From Takakia lepidozioides (lineage: Eukaryota; Plantae; Bryophyta), in contig CM060734.1 of assembly GCA_030704615.1 (NCBI GenBank), forward strand, positions 26,598,001-26,662,000: DNA of 64,000 bases. Reading direction: 5' to 3'. Position numbers and translations under genes: made by a program. Shown here piece after piece: positions 36,513 to 49,964 of the stretch. The notes beneath the pieces were generated by a model. The model was given only the letters and a program-made list of their open reading frames with translations, made no database searches and was not told the DNA's origin. Within the stretch, counting starts at the first letter, position 1, and every line of letters starts with the position of its first letter.

Positions 36513-39500
36513 ATGGAGGGGCCGATAAGAGTGAAGCAGCTGTATTTGTATCCGGTGAAGGCATGCAAGGGCATACCGGTATCTGAGGCCTCCATCTTCT
36601 CCACGGGTGTGTGCCATCTCCTTTCATTATTCGCAAATTGTTTCTTGGAACCTTCGTAGCAATAGCTTAAGCTATTTGTCTTGGGTGAATTGGCTTGTTC
36701 GTGCAGGCAGTTTGGATTATACCTCAGTACATGGTTTTTGAATTTTGAGATACTTTTGTTCCTGATGTGGCGAACCCCTGAAAGATTCTTACGTAGGAAT
36801 TATTGAACCAGAGGGAGAGAGAGAGAAAGAGGAGTATTTACAATGTAGTTGCTATTTTTAAGTTGCCACAATTCGTCTAGTTTTTTATTCCAGCTACTTG
36901 AATTTTGTGGGGAGAGGCAGCATGTATGTCCCGCAGCTCCTGCTGAATCTGCATGAAAGTCAGCTGGAGGGATGCTATGGAATCTATATTTATTTTTGCT
37001 AGGGATATGCTTGAATCGCCCAGGGTTCGGCAGGGTTGGTTCTCATGAAAGACATATTTCAGAGGCGCTTGATCTGAATTGACATGTTCTCACCACAACT
37101 CAACATTAATCATAACCAACCCAATAAATCGCCATGGTTAACCTAGTCCACCAGCTGTAGGAAAATCACTGCAAATCCTACTGGCTGTTGGCAGCAGTAG
37201 GTCCCACCAACATTGTGTGGAGAATATACCGATACTGTTGACAGTTATGGCCATTGTGATGAGAGGGAAGAGCTCTGTGCGGGGTGTAGGGGGGAGATCA
37301 TATGGTAGTCTGAGGTAGTTTTTCAACTGAGTCCACGGCATGTGGCTGTTCCATTCCCTTACATTGTGGGCAATTCCCCTCAATATGACCCTAGAATGTA
37401 AACTGGTTTGTTGGAGTTCTTTTGGCAGGTGATTCAAGTTCTCACCTTTTGTGGGCTCAAAGCAAGATGCAGGCTTGTTGCATCGTGGAAAATGTCGAAG
37501 CAATTGGGATCAAGGCGGTCAGAAGGACAACTGTGATTGTCCCCAAATTCTTTGTTAATGGCTAACAACTAGTGCGCCACACCCTGTACATGAGCCAGCT
37601 GTTGATCAAGGTCCAGCTATAAGCAGGAGTCAAGTTCTACCTTTCTGTGATCTAGCACTTCTGTAACTTTTGACCACTTGACAGTCACAATATCACTGTG
37701 TATCAAATCCAGTTAAATCAGGTGAATTGTGTCTTCCAGGTGCATGCCCAGTTGTGGGCAGCACATATTGGATGTGGGCGTTTCCCCCCCATTCTGCTCT
37801 TGTCCACCTCATTTCATCGCATTTGTATCTATGGTTGGTTTTGCATGTGAGAGGGCCATGGTCCCATCTCTGGAAAAACCATTCTCACTCAAGATGATAT
37901 TATTGGTTATGGACACAGGCTTTCAGTGGGACAGACAATGGTTGGTGGTGAATACAAAAGGGCGTATGCTGACCCAGCGCATTGATTCCAAATTGGCACT
38001 AGTTGAAGTGTCACTGCCGATGGAGGCATTAGAAAACGGCTGGAGTCCTCTCAAACCGGACTCTGCTCTGAGTGAGTGTTGCGATGATATACTGCCATCA
38101 GCAGTGTTGGACTAGTTGCTTGTGAGGCTCTATGATGTTTAAGGACTATAAAAGGCATTACAATTAAACAAAGTGCAACTGAGCTGAACAATTTAATTGA
38201 ATGACTGCATTTCTTTATCATCTGACTACCAATTGTGGCTGCCTGCCTTACTGCCAGACACTTCCTCTCCTCTCTTCATAGGTAGATACCTCATGGAGAG
38301 GATTTCTGCTATAATATTGGTGATTGGAGGCAGGTTTGAAGGCACCAGGGATGGAACCACTACAGGTTCCACTTACTCCTTCAAAAGCGCTGGAAAGAAT
38401 AGAAAATGTCTCAGTCTGGGATTGGAAGGGCTCAGGATTTTTGGAGGGCCCTGATGCAACAAGATGGTTTTCTGAATACCTTGGAAAACCCTCACAACTT
38501 GTGCGTTTCGACACAGGTAAGTATACCCCCGCCCCTCCCCCAAGTTCTCTGCAAGGTCTTAGAACTCAACAATGATGTCGTTATCAAGTTTGACAGAGAG
38601 TAGTCTTCAAGTACATCTTGCTGCCGTACCCCTATATTGTCCACATGTTGGATGTTTGCCAACTTGGATGTCACTACCAGGGGTAGTCGGTAGTGTGGGT
38701 GACATTCCAAGTGAGTACGAGGTGATATCACCTTCAATCCTGTTTTGCGGTGACCATGTCTGAGGTAGTTTGTCTTGCTGCGGCAGATGTGAACAGGCCA
38801 ACCGACCCAAAATATGCAGATGGATTTACGACAACCTTCACTGATGGATTTCCTTTCCTTGTCATCTCCCAGGTCTGTCATACTACGTAATTGAGTGATT
38901 CAATAGCAGTGTGTGATGTTAGCTGTGTAGTTGGACAGCATGCATGCCTGTGTGTTTGTGGTGTGTACATATACGTGTGGGATTGCTGTTTCAGCTTGCT
39001 GTAAAGCCAACGAAGGAACCCCTAATACTTCCTTTTCCTTGTTATGTCCATGTGTTTGATTGCTTCTGATCTCCTGTGTTGGTATGCATACCAGCCATCA
39101 TTGGATGCGTTGAATAAGCGCCTGACAGACCCTCTCCCAATTAACCGTTTCCGTCCGAAGTATCATCCCACCTTTCTCAGTTCTATATTGTACCCTTTGC
39201 TGGATGGACATTCATGTTTGGAGTCTAACATGGAAAAAATGTATTTAAATGGAGCGAAGTAGCCTGTACTCTAGTTCATATGGGTCTGCTTGGTATGCCT
39301 CACCCATCAAGCACATTCCTACACTTTGACCTGTGTAACCTAATGCCCTGAATCTTGCCTTTCACATGACAATAATAATGCCCCAAAAGTGGTGCAAGAG
39401 CACTTTCTTTCGGGAGGGACTTTCACGTTGAATTCAAGAACAAAGGTCGAACTCTTTTGCTTCCCTCCTTAGGATTTGGTAATTCTGCCCAGCAAGTTCC

Positions 39501-40667
39501 CAGAAGCATTTTGGAATGTGCAGACAGCGACTTCCACTAAATAGTAGGCTATAGGTTGGACGTTGAAGTTTGCTTCAGGGATTCCTGATGATAGATGTAC
39601 ATGAAATTGTTGGTGGATGCTAATCGATTCCCTAGTCTATTACAGTTTCCCTGACTCCCAGGACTTTCATGGAAGCCAATAGCTGTATGTGCTGTAGGGC
39701 ATGAAACAGTCATGGGCAGCCACTCACAGTCACAAACAAGTTCTGAGCTGTGAAGTTAAGACCATGACCTGATAGGACAAAGATATCATTTAGCGAGGCC
39801 GGTATTTTCAGGTGTATTTGCCTTGACTGCTTTTGTTGTTGACAGTATCTTTGTGGAAGGATGTGAGGCTTTTGCTGAGGACACATGGCACACGTTTACT
39901 ATTGGCCAGCTCACCTTCCATGGTGTCAAACTCTGTTCACGCTGTAAGGTGGGTATTGCTTAACACTTACCATGACTCTGCTATGTGCTAGAAATTGTTT
40001 GCATATTTGACATCAATATTCAACACTTTCACTCTCCTGCACTTGTCCACCAGTTTGAGATGTAGATAAGCATTCCACTAGGACCTCAGGATTTGTATCC
40101 GAAGGCTGAGATTCCCAGCTCTTGCATGCCATGGCATGTGGGATTGTTGTTTGGGCACATAGTTTTGAATGTAAGTATGTAACTTTCTACCACATTGATC
40201 ACTTTGTTGGGTTGCTGTTTGGAAACAGGTGACCACCATTGACCAGGGAACTGGGGAGGGTGGACAGGAGCCTCTCCGCACACTTCGAGATTTCCGTGTT
40301 GGCCAACTCCTATCCTCTGTTGATAGAATGAGGAATCAGGTATGTGTTCAGAGTTTCTGGAGGAAATATGGAGTCTAAAGACCAGCTGTTTGTGTCTTTT
40401 GCTTCCAAGGATAGTCCGACCCATCTGTGTTTATCTTCTCTTCTCATGTGTATAGTAGACTAGGTTGACACAGGGAATCTCTCCCCACCCCATTATGTGT
40501 AGTTCTCAACTAATCCTTCAAATGTGTGCTTGGGGCAGGTCTATTTTGGACAGAATGCAACCTGTGATCATTCTCTATTGCCCCTTGATGGGTCCAGACC
40601 TACAGTGAGGGTGGGCGATGCCATCCATATCATACGAAAGGCACCTGTTGCAGATATCATGTCTTAA
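36513..40667 (+). CDS. MOSC-domain molybdoenzyme (mARC/amidoxime-reducing component-like), 8 exons
   Basis: MEGPIRVKQLYLYPVKACKGI, GFQWDRQWLVV..LTQR, WFSEYLGKPSQLVRF, FTDGFPFLVISQ, SLDALNKRL..PINRFRPNI.VEGCEAFAEDTW, VKLCSRCKVTTIDQ.TG..EPL, VYFGQN; TAA at 40665-40667. Confidence 0.94.
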
Positions 40668-40758
40668 TATGTCAATGACCCCCATTACATGATTGTTTTC
40701 TCCTGATGTACCTTCCCCACTTAATACCTGCCTATCAAGATAATATCTGATATATAGT

Positions 40759-41187
40759 TTATTGGCCCTGCCCGACAGGGTAGGGACTACGCATCTCAAG
40801 TTGGCCAAAGTGACCTTAACCTTATATCATGGGTTGTTCCCATGAGACTTAATGGGAACACAAAAGTTTTTAGTTCCCAGTTGGGCACATGTTACACTCA
40901 TTTTTTTATTGGCCCTGCCAGACAGGGTAGGGATGACGCATCAAGTTGGCCAAAGTGCCCTTAACCTTATATCATGGGTTGTTTCCATGAGACTTGATGG
41001 GAACATGAAAGTTTTTAGTTCCCAGTTGGGCACATGTTACACTCATTTCTTTATTGGCCCTGCGAGACAGGGTAAGGACGACGCATCAAGTTGGCCAAAG
41101 TGCCCTTAACCTTATATCATGGGTTGTTCCCATGAGACTTGATGGGAACATGAAAGTTTTTAGTTCCCAGTTGGGCACATGTTACAC
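40759..41187. repeat. ~146-bp tandem repeat x3 just downstream of the MOSC stop
   Basis: Units start ttattggccctgc at ~40759, ~40906 and ~41051. Confidence 0.92.
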
Positions 41188-41261
41188 TTCATATGATCAA
41201 TAAAACAATGGCAGGCCTATGTGTATGTTTCGTCTTGTTACTCAAGGCCAAAACTAAGTAG

Positions 41262-41742
41262 AGCATTGAGCTTTTTTCTAAAATCAAATTTTAAAATATT
41301 TTTATAACTTAAAGATTTAGATTGAACTTTGATCTTATGTTCAATTTTAAATTTCAACTAATATTTTAGTTTTTTTTATTTTAGGTTTTTAATGACATGT
41401 ATAGTTTATTACTGAAGGAAAACTTTAGCTTATGAGGTCCAAAACTTGAAAGTTTGGAACTTAACAGCTGAAGTCCGAAACTTGAGCGGCTGAAGTCCAG
41501 CATTGAGCTTTTTTCTTTTTTTTAAACAAACTATAAGATAATTTTATAACTTTACAATTTAGATTGAACTTTGATCTTATGTTCAATTTTAAAATTCAAC
41601 TAATATTTTGTTTTATTTTATTTTAGGTTTTAATGAAATAATATACAGTTTATTACTCAAGGACAAAACTTCAGCGGCTGAAGTCCAGAACTTGAGCTAC
41701 CGCTGAAGTCTGGAACTCAGCGGCTGAAGTCCGGACTTGAGC
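41262..41742. repeat. ~237-bp AT-rich tandem duplication with CGGCTGAAGTCC mini-repeats
   Basis: agcattgagctttttt...tttagattgaactttgatcttatgttcaatttt occurs twice (~41262 and ~41499). Confidence 0.85.
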
Positions 41743-43143
41743 AAAATAAATAGCCATTTGCAATAGACTCCAGATTTTTCATCCACCCATTGTTATCCAT
41801 CCATCCATTCAGGCCCTTGTGGAGGATGAAAGTTTAACCTCTTTTCATATAAGCCATTGGGCATATATCACAAGAAGAAACGTCACCCCCAAATGGACAG
41901 GTCACAAAAAAAATTATACACAGGACAAAGTAGCTGCAAGAATTGAACCCCGAAGCTACCAAGCCGCAAGAGAAATTTAGGTTTAAGTTAGGGTTCCAAA
42001 GAGCCCGCCGTTGTGCATTGTTTCTTTCTCGGTGCTCTGCATTTTTTAGCTTCTCTGCGGGGCTCTTTCGGTCTCGCTCGCTCGCTCGAGCCGCATCCCA
42101 TCTGTGTAGCAGTGTTTAGGTAATATTTTTCTTCTCCACTTTGATTTTTTCAGTCCCATACGCCCTATTCTCCTTGCGGTGATGATTGTCCATTATGCTC
42201 CATACTCTACATCTAATCCTCTTTTCTGGTTGTCATTTGTTTTGTGAGGTTTCTGCAGCCATTTTGTTTCCGAGATCCGCACTCCTCACTGGTCACTTGA
42301 TCTGCCAGCTGTGTCATGATAGGGGCGCGTTCTCTTATCTAGTTCTTTTCCGTGGTATTTCAAAGATACTTGGGAGGGTCAGCTTGCGCTTAGGACGCTA
42401 TGTTTAAATCTATGGCTGGGCACCTTCTTCTTCAACAGATTTCAGCATTTTTCCCGAATCTTGTTAAAGTCGTCTTTAAATTTTCATGTTGACTCCTGCA
42501 AGTCTCATAAGGATCTACGATGGTTTGAAGTGATTTTGACATATTACTGCCAATGTGGCAATAGGCATTCGGGGAGAAGTTTTGAAAGCATTTGTTTTGG
42601 ACCCTAGTCAATGGTGGACAATCGAGGAAAAAATGTGTTTTTTGGTAAATTACAGCGAGAAAAAAGATAACAAGATACATTATAAAACTTTCTTGGAAAT
42701 TGTCATTCTCTCTCTATCCCTAGCAAGAGCAATATAGCATAGGAAATAGTTTGTGATAAGTTGGGTTGGGGTGTTTGCTAGATCGGTAGATCAGTTTTGA
42801 GGGCGGGTCTTGTTCAACACTGAGGGCTCGGTCTGGAGAGATGTGAACTATTAATTTTGTGAAGAAGCGGGAACTCGACAGTTCCTAAAGAACATGGTGT
42901 TATGTAGATTCAGGGGGTAACATACTAATCCATGACGGGTAGGCAGAAGCTAGCAGTGATAACGAGGGTCGTTGTTCAGAAGTTAGACACGATCTGAATT
43001 CGGCTGAGAGCAAGTAAATATGAGGAGAGGTGTGAATGAGTGAAGACAGACCGGGCCGAGAAAGCGGCCAATAACACATAAACATGTCGTAGGCATATAT
43101 GCTTAATAGCAAGGTGTGGGTGTAGTGCTGAAGTCGTAGGAAC

Positions 43144-43495
43144 CAGTGTTGGGCAGTTATTTGAATTTCTCTCTAATACCCGGCGGTTACCTATCCGGTT
43201 ATATGTATATATGACCGGCGGAGGTGAAAAAATAAAGTAACCGGTCTAGTTAGGAACCGGCGGAGGTCACGCATTCAAATAACCGAGCAAAAAACCTCTT
43301 AAAGAACTGCCCAATACCCGCGGTTATTTGATGAAAACCGCCGGTTATTTGAGGTTTTTGCAAGTAACTGTAACTGGCAGGTTATATCTAGCCATAAAAA
43401 ATTTAATAACCGCAACCGCAGGTTAATAGTTTTCTAAAATTTGAAGCAACCGAAACCGCCAGTTATGAAAAAAATCAAATAACCGCCCAACCCTA
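43144..43495. mobile_element. hAT-type MITE
   Basis: Imperfect TIRs CAGTGTTGGGCAGTTATTTGA / TCAAATAACCGCCCAACCCTA, 8-bp TSD GTAGGAAC (43136-43143 and 43496-43503), and internal AACCG/CGGTT repeats. Confidence 0.93.
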
Positions 43496-43557
43496 GTAGG
43501 AACTCTGTGTGTGAACATATAGTGAACAACATACTTTGATCTGGTTTAATCGTCAAC

Positions 43558-43667
43558 ATATATTCAGTTCCCTTCAGATTTATCCCTTCAGTTTATTATA
43601 TTCAGTTCCTTTCAGATTTATCCCTTCAGTTCTATTATATTTAGTTCCCTTCAAACTTATCCCTTCA
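43558..43667. repeat. ~38-bp tandem repeat x~3
   Basis: atattcagttcccttcagatttatcccttcagtt, repeated. Confidence 0.85.
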
Positions 43668-43670
43668 CCT

Positions 43671-44062
43671 TGTGAAGCCTCAAAACAAGCGTGAGGCATA
43701 TACTCCTTTCCTCTCAAGGAGCAACTTTTCACAACGAAGGGGCAAGCAAGAGGAGCGAGCGATGTGCGAGAGGAGGACACATGAATCTGACACAAAAGAA
43801 CTCTCATCCACTGCCTGTTCACCAGTTTCACATGTACACTAACACTCGAGTACACCGCCCCTGACTTGTGTCAGGGCGCCGTCTTTATACAAAAAGCCCT
43901 AGCTTCTGCTGCATGTCGTGTGGCGAGGCGTGACAGGCCAAGCCCGCGGCGCCTTTTCACAGCCCTAGATTTAATGAAGAGCCAGGATGCAGCCACCATC
44001 TTAAACTAACCCTAGCTTAACTATCATTCTAACTATTTAACGGTACTCTAAGCCGAAAAATT
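43671..44062 (-). mobile_element. Truncated LTR of the same gypsy family as 23287-30024
   Basis: Starts TGTGAAGCCT-CAAAACAAGC and aligns with the LTR up to aagccgaaaaatt. Confidence 0.9.
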
Positions 44063-46537
44063 CAAGGTCCAGGGTCATCTAAGCCCAAGTGCAATGTCCC
44101 ATGCATTCAAATGCGTCTCCGATGTCTAGGCCCAAGTGTGACCTCCAAGGTAGCTTGTGCCATTGGCCCAAGTGTCCAATGTCATCTAAGTCATCCAAGT
44201 CTAATCATTTTTTTTTTACAGAATGTACGACCTGATTTGAACCGGAGACCTTTTCCTTGATATCTCTCCCGTCGAGGCTCCAACCATTATCCAGCGACCA
44301 AAAGTACTTGAAATTCGTTTTAGCCATATCTCATCATTTTTTTTTCCACATAGCCTATGACCAGATTTGAACCGGAGACCTTTCCCTTGATATCTCTCCT
44401 GCCGAGGCTCCAACCATTGTCCCAGGAATGCCCACTTTGCAATTTTTCGTGAATTTCCAGCGACCCAAAGTACTTGAAATTCCACATCTCCCACACCGCA
44501 GGTCCAAAAATCGTGAGACCAAGCCCATGCACCCCTCCTCGTCGAGGGCTTTCCAACGGGACCAAGCACTCGGGGTGAGGCCGCGCAGTTTGGGACATCT
44601 CAAATCTACAAAACAAAACAAACAAAACAAACATCTCGATTCATATATTAGAGTTATCCGTAAAGTGAGCCTGAGTTTGGTACCCTGTTTGGACCCGAGT
44701 TACGGGTTTCATCCTGAGTTTGAGTAAATCCGCAAAGTGCAGAAAATTGGGCACGAAGTCAGAAAAGAGGGCACCAAATCATAAACTGGGGATGAGGGCG
44801 CGAGCTCGTGAGTTTTGACCGCCTCCACCTCGACGAGGAACAAAACTCGGGTCCAATCTCCTGCCACGACCATTTCCCTAGTCCTGGCAGTTTGGTCCCG
44901 TGTTTTTTTCTAGTCGTACCGCTTGATCCTGAGTTTTGAGTTTCATGCCCAGTTTTGGCCAAACTCGAGGTTCTCATGCCGAATTTGGGACCCTTTACAG
45001 ATAACTCTATTGATCTTTGCAAAATGCTAAATAACAAGAACAACAAAAATCTCATTTCACAAAACAATTCCTGAATATTTATCACATGAAACTTTAATTC
45101 AATTCACCAAATTATGTAGTCATTATTATCTAGTTAGACTCAAATATTTGTTAAATTTGAATAAATACTCCACACAAAAACCAAGAATGCAGACTCATAA
45201 ATCAGTTATTAGTGGTATATTTCATGGTATATCATTGTTCATTAAGAACAATTCATATAATATATTTTAGTTGAAAAAAGTGATGAGGCCTTTCTAAGGC
45301 AAGATGTCTTTTACTAGCAGTCCCAATATTCAATATTTGAATATTTAATTGTTTTATTAAATCAGGACCGCTAGTGCTAGCCTTCCAATTTTGTAATTAG
45401 GGTGGAGCCATTACGCAACTAGCCGCTTGTTCATGACCTGATCTGAGCTTGATCATGTGAGAAGTTTAGTACAAGCTCGCTTATAGTCTGGATCTGGTAT
45501 TAGCTTTGAATTTTGAAATGGCTAAAAATAAAATGCATCATTTATTATTAATGACCTGGGAGCGACAGCTCACAAATCATGACCCTTGATAGAGAGAGGA
45601 GAAAATGCCCGCGAAGTTTCGGTAGCCACGTCATAATGACGCTGGCACCATTTGTCCCCCCCACCTGCCCCCCCTCCCGAGGCCTCACACGCTCCTGGGG
45701 CACGTGTGGGCCCGCGCCACCCTGCACGAGCCAAAATGGCACAACCTTGGGGCCAAAGTGGCAAAACTCCCAAGCCATGGCACCAACGGGGCCCGCCAAC
45801 ACCTCCCCGCCCAGGCTCGGGCACCGCCCCAGCCCCAGCCCTAGCAGCCACCATCCACCCAGCCCGCCCCCACCCTACTCCCTTACCCAGTGAGTAGCTC
45901 GACGAGCTACTCACCGGCAGGTTGCTGCTTTCATGCTCAATGAGAAGAAGAGCGTTAGGGTTTAGGGTGTGAGAGAAGAGAGGGTTAGGGTTTAAATTTC
46001 ATGGAGTGTGAGTGCGATTGGAGGAGGCGGGAGCTGTGTCTAGTGCTACATGAAGGCAAAGCTAAGGAGGACAGAAGCTGGAGAGAAATCACTACAAAAT
46101 TTATCATCTTACCAACATTTTCAGGTATGTCTTATGTCATTTCACTTCACTTCATTAGTTTGTTCTTCATGTGGCTGCTGAATAGTAGAATTCATATTAC
46201 ATTAACAAAGCTTATGTCTAAGCTTATATGGACTTCATAATGCATTCCCAAAAAACTAAATCTTCAAAATGCTTATACCCATGTGGTTTTGGTTCATTTT
46301 TAGAACCCTATATGTAGTTCCATGTAGTTAATGTAGTTTAGGATCATCTCTTTCTTACTCTTCTTTTTCTTAAGCATTCTCATTTCATCCACTTATGATA
46401 TAGGTGGTCAGGATTATAAAGGATTTTCTTCGGGAAGGTTGTGTTCATGATGTTTGTATGCATTTCTAAAACTCTAGTGAAACCATAATGAAACCAATTT
46501 CATTTAGGAAGGTTGTGCTTTGTGGAATGTGTAGTGA

Positions 46538-48104
46538 TGGCCATGCAAATCGCTCAGAAAGGTGTCCACTATGAGCAAGACAATGAGACAGGGAAGTACC
46601 ATTGTTTGATCTATGCCAAAGGGCCTAAGATAGGCTACAGCAAGAAAGATAGTTTCAATTATCATCTTGCTCGTGAGGGTCATGGGTTGCAGTTGTCTGT
46701 TGGCAAGTCTGGGAGGCCTAAAGTGAGATTTGACACACCTCTAGAACCTGAGAAGAATCGGAGAAACAACATCCGTGCAATGGCAGATCCTGTTAGACGT
46801 CTCCGACAAGCAGAAGCAAAGACACGTCATATCCATGCCATTGCTGCCAAGAAACTGTATGATAATGAGACCAGGGACTTGGGACCACCGCCGGATTCCA
46901 TGGAGAAGCCGTTCTAGGCAAAGGTGCTCGAGATGGATTTGTTGTCGGCCACAAGTTTATCAAGTTGGGGAGATGGTGATTTGAGGTTCGGCAAAATTCG
47001 AGTGTTGAGGGAAGCACAGAATCAAACTTACATGATGGATCTCTTCAAGAAATGAAGAAGTCCTCACATCCCAAAACCTTGCAGCGACAGATGCGAAATG
47101 CTTGCAGTAAACGTGCATGAGACGACAACTTTGATTACTGCACAAAAGCATTGCAACTTGTCTTTGAATACCATCAATAGGAGAAAAAGCGTTGGAGGTA
47201 TATCCATATTTGAATGTTGTTTATATTTATGTGTATCAACAAGGTGTAGTATATATTATCTATATATGTACCCATTGATTTGAAGTTCAATGCATAATAT
47301 TTTGAAATATTATTACAAATGGGAACAAGACAGAGATGAGTTTGTGGAATCTTATCTTTCCAAGGCTATGACCAAATGGAGACTAACTGAGGGTGCAAGA
47401 GAGGAAAACACAAGGAAGGCAGTAAAGGCCTACAGGCGTAGGAAAGGTTTGTCAGTTTCCGATGGGAGTAACGGTAGCTTTTCTTTGTCAGATGATGATC
47501 ACCCGGATCATGGTGATGGAGATCCAGATGGGCAAGCCATGAGTATTGACCCTCTTGCTGCCAGGAATCCTCCTCATCTTCTTCTTCTTGGTCCCAATTA
47601 GGAAAACATCCATTTTCCTCATGTTCCTCAGAGTTCCCCTCCTGTGAATGTTCTTGGTTCTCCTCCTCATGAGACCGACTCTCTTCCTGAGAGTCCCCAT
47701 CATCCGCTTCCTTGCAATTCCATTCTTGTCACTTCCACTGACAGTGATCCAGCTCCTCACTCGAACCCGGACCATGACATAGAGACCTTGGCGGATATTG
47801 CAGAGGATGAGCTTAACGAGGATGAGGGTAATGAGGAAATGACATGGATATTCACGAGGATGAGGTTACCCATGAGGAGATGGTGAATGTCAATGTTGTG
47901 ATTGACTCGGTCATCAACGACTCGGTTATGTCAGAGGATACTGGAGATGATCCATCATCGCAGGTTCATGTTCAACCTTCTTTGACTCCAGTTCCTACTC
48001 CTGTAGTGCAGCCTGCTACTCGTGTTTATCGACGTTCTTGTCCCGCCCGTTCTCATACCGGGGTTACCCCTTCCCGTAAACAATTAGCTAGCATGAGGAC
48101 CTGA
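46538..48104 (+). pseudogene. Unknown degenerate gene (C2H2-like finger, AT-hook-like GRP, acidic low-complexity tail), probably a TE accessory gene
   Basis: YHCLIYAKGPKIGYSKKDSFNYHLAREGH and KSGRPK, continuing through stops and frameshifts into D/E/P/S-rich frames. GC-rich and telobox sequence lies upstream (45600-46000). Confidence 0.45.
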
Positions 48105-48774
48105 TACATGGTATGTTGAACATAGTGGCAAATATTGAAAACAAACGAAAAGCATTTGGATGGGCGACCATTCGATCGTCCATTGAATGAATTTCGTTTC
48201 GTCTCATATTAGACCGGGACCTGTTCCATGGTATGCCTTTTGAAGCTCTTTTTGTAGTGTCTCATGCTTCGTAACACTAGAAGAGAAACCGGCTTTTTCC
48301 ACGGCTCTGCCATTTCACACTTGGCACATTCCACGGCTTTTATCACGGGTTTGTAGACCGAGCCAAGGTGTGGGTCTAAATATGCCCTAAGTGTGGGGTG
48401 TCTCACATGTGGTCCACACCCCAGGCAAGAACGGTGTGAAAGCAGCCATGACCGTGGCAGGGGTTGGCTTAGTTTACATGGCATGTTACACACCTGTGTG
48501 AAATGGGACCATACAATTATTTCCACTGATTGTGGTGTATGGGTTTAGTTAGTACTCTGCTGCAAATGGAATAAATCATGAACTTCAGAAATCTGCCCTT
48601 GGAAAGACGAAGAGGTGGTCGTCGCACTTTGCAATGTAAATCGAATGCAATGCAAGCTTAACAGTCCTCATATTATGATTGAAGGGAGTCAAATTAAGTG
48701 TGACCATATCAGTGCAGGGACATAAATATGAATCATTCAACATTGTAAAATGAAAACAGGGTAGAGCTAGTACA

Positions 48775-48899
48775 TGGTACCCTTTAAAACTTGTTGCAGA
48801 GTGCAAAAGGTTTAAAGATCAAAGTGCAAAAGGTTTAAATTTTTTTGCAAAAGTTGCTTGTAGGGTTTGCAAAAGGTTAATTTTTTAAAAAAGTTGCCC
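48775..48899. mobile_element. Possible Mutator-like (MULE) terminal inverted repeat; partner not found
   Basis: Ends ...AAAAAAGTTGCCC (reverse complement GGGCAACTTT) with TGCAAAAGGTT sub-repeats. Confidence 0.4.
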
Positions 48900-49964
48900 A
48901 TCCCGGTAGCTGTGAACAGAGGGTTGGGACTTAGAGCGAGCGAGCAGGAGGGAGAAAGAGAGGGCTGGGACTTAGAGCAGCGAGCGGGAGGGAGGGCAAA
49001 CATGGGAGGCCCGCAGTTGGAGCAACCTTCGCATCTGAAAAGCAAGCAACCCGACAAACGCTAGGGTATGTGTGCGAGGACTAGGTGTCGGCTGAGAGCT
49101 CGCCGTTCTGGGGAGAGTCAGCTTGGTCTTAGGTCGAGGACAATGTGGTGAGGGCACCTTCCTCTTCGACCTATTTCAGCCTGTTTTGCGCTCTCATCAA
49201 ACTCAGCCTTAAATTTGTAGCACGGAGCAGAGTTGGCATGAGTTTTTAAAGATCCTTCATGATGGTGGGACAACCGCAATCGCAAGGTGTGGCTTTTTCT
49301 TAATGTACGATGTGAAGAAGTTTGTCCATCCTGCAAATGTCCTGTTAGTACGGTGCTTTGGTATCCTTCCTGATGTTTACAAGGTTCTTGGAAGAGTCAG
49401 CTTGGTCTTAGCATGCCGTGCTTCAATTTCTGCCCGTTCAGCTACACCGTGGTGGTTCTCATAGACCAATCAGACATTACCTGACTACAGACTCAAGCAG
49501 CATACACAAGAGGTTCTCTTAGGTTCATGGTCAGTCAAATCCTCCATGGGTCATGACACAAGGTCGAGGACAATGTGGTGAGGGCACCTTCTTCTTTGAC
49601 CTACTTCAGCCTGTTTTTCCCTCCCATCAGACTCGGTTGATAGAACTAGGCAGCGGTAACGGAGGCACCTTCTTCAATACATTTCAGCCTGTTTTCCTTG
49701 TTATCAGAGTTGTCCCTAATTTTCATGTTGAATTCTGCAAGTTAACTCTTGGTGGATCTATGGTACCGGGGGTTTTGAAGTGATTTGACATGTTACTGCC
49801 TATGTGGCAACAGGAAAGTATTGAAAACAGATAACAGAAACTAAGAGAAGCTCTGGAATGAAAGAGCAGGGATAGAGTGTGGGTTGAGATTCATCGAAGC
49901 GGGCCGGATTTCAAGCTCTAGATCACCTATGATTCCCTGTGGTAGGATAGCTACAAGAAACCTA

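Noticed and set aside
40759-41187. CRISPR-like array
   Set aside because: The units are wholly repeated with no unique spacers, the context is eukaryotic, and there are no cas genes.
45955-45992. Interstitial telomere (TTTAGGG)
   Set aside because: Only 2-3 scattered units (also at ~5384 and ~9174); consistent with telobox motifs.
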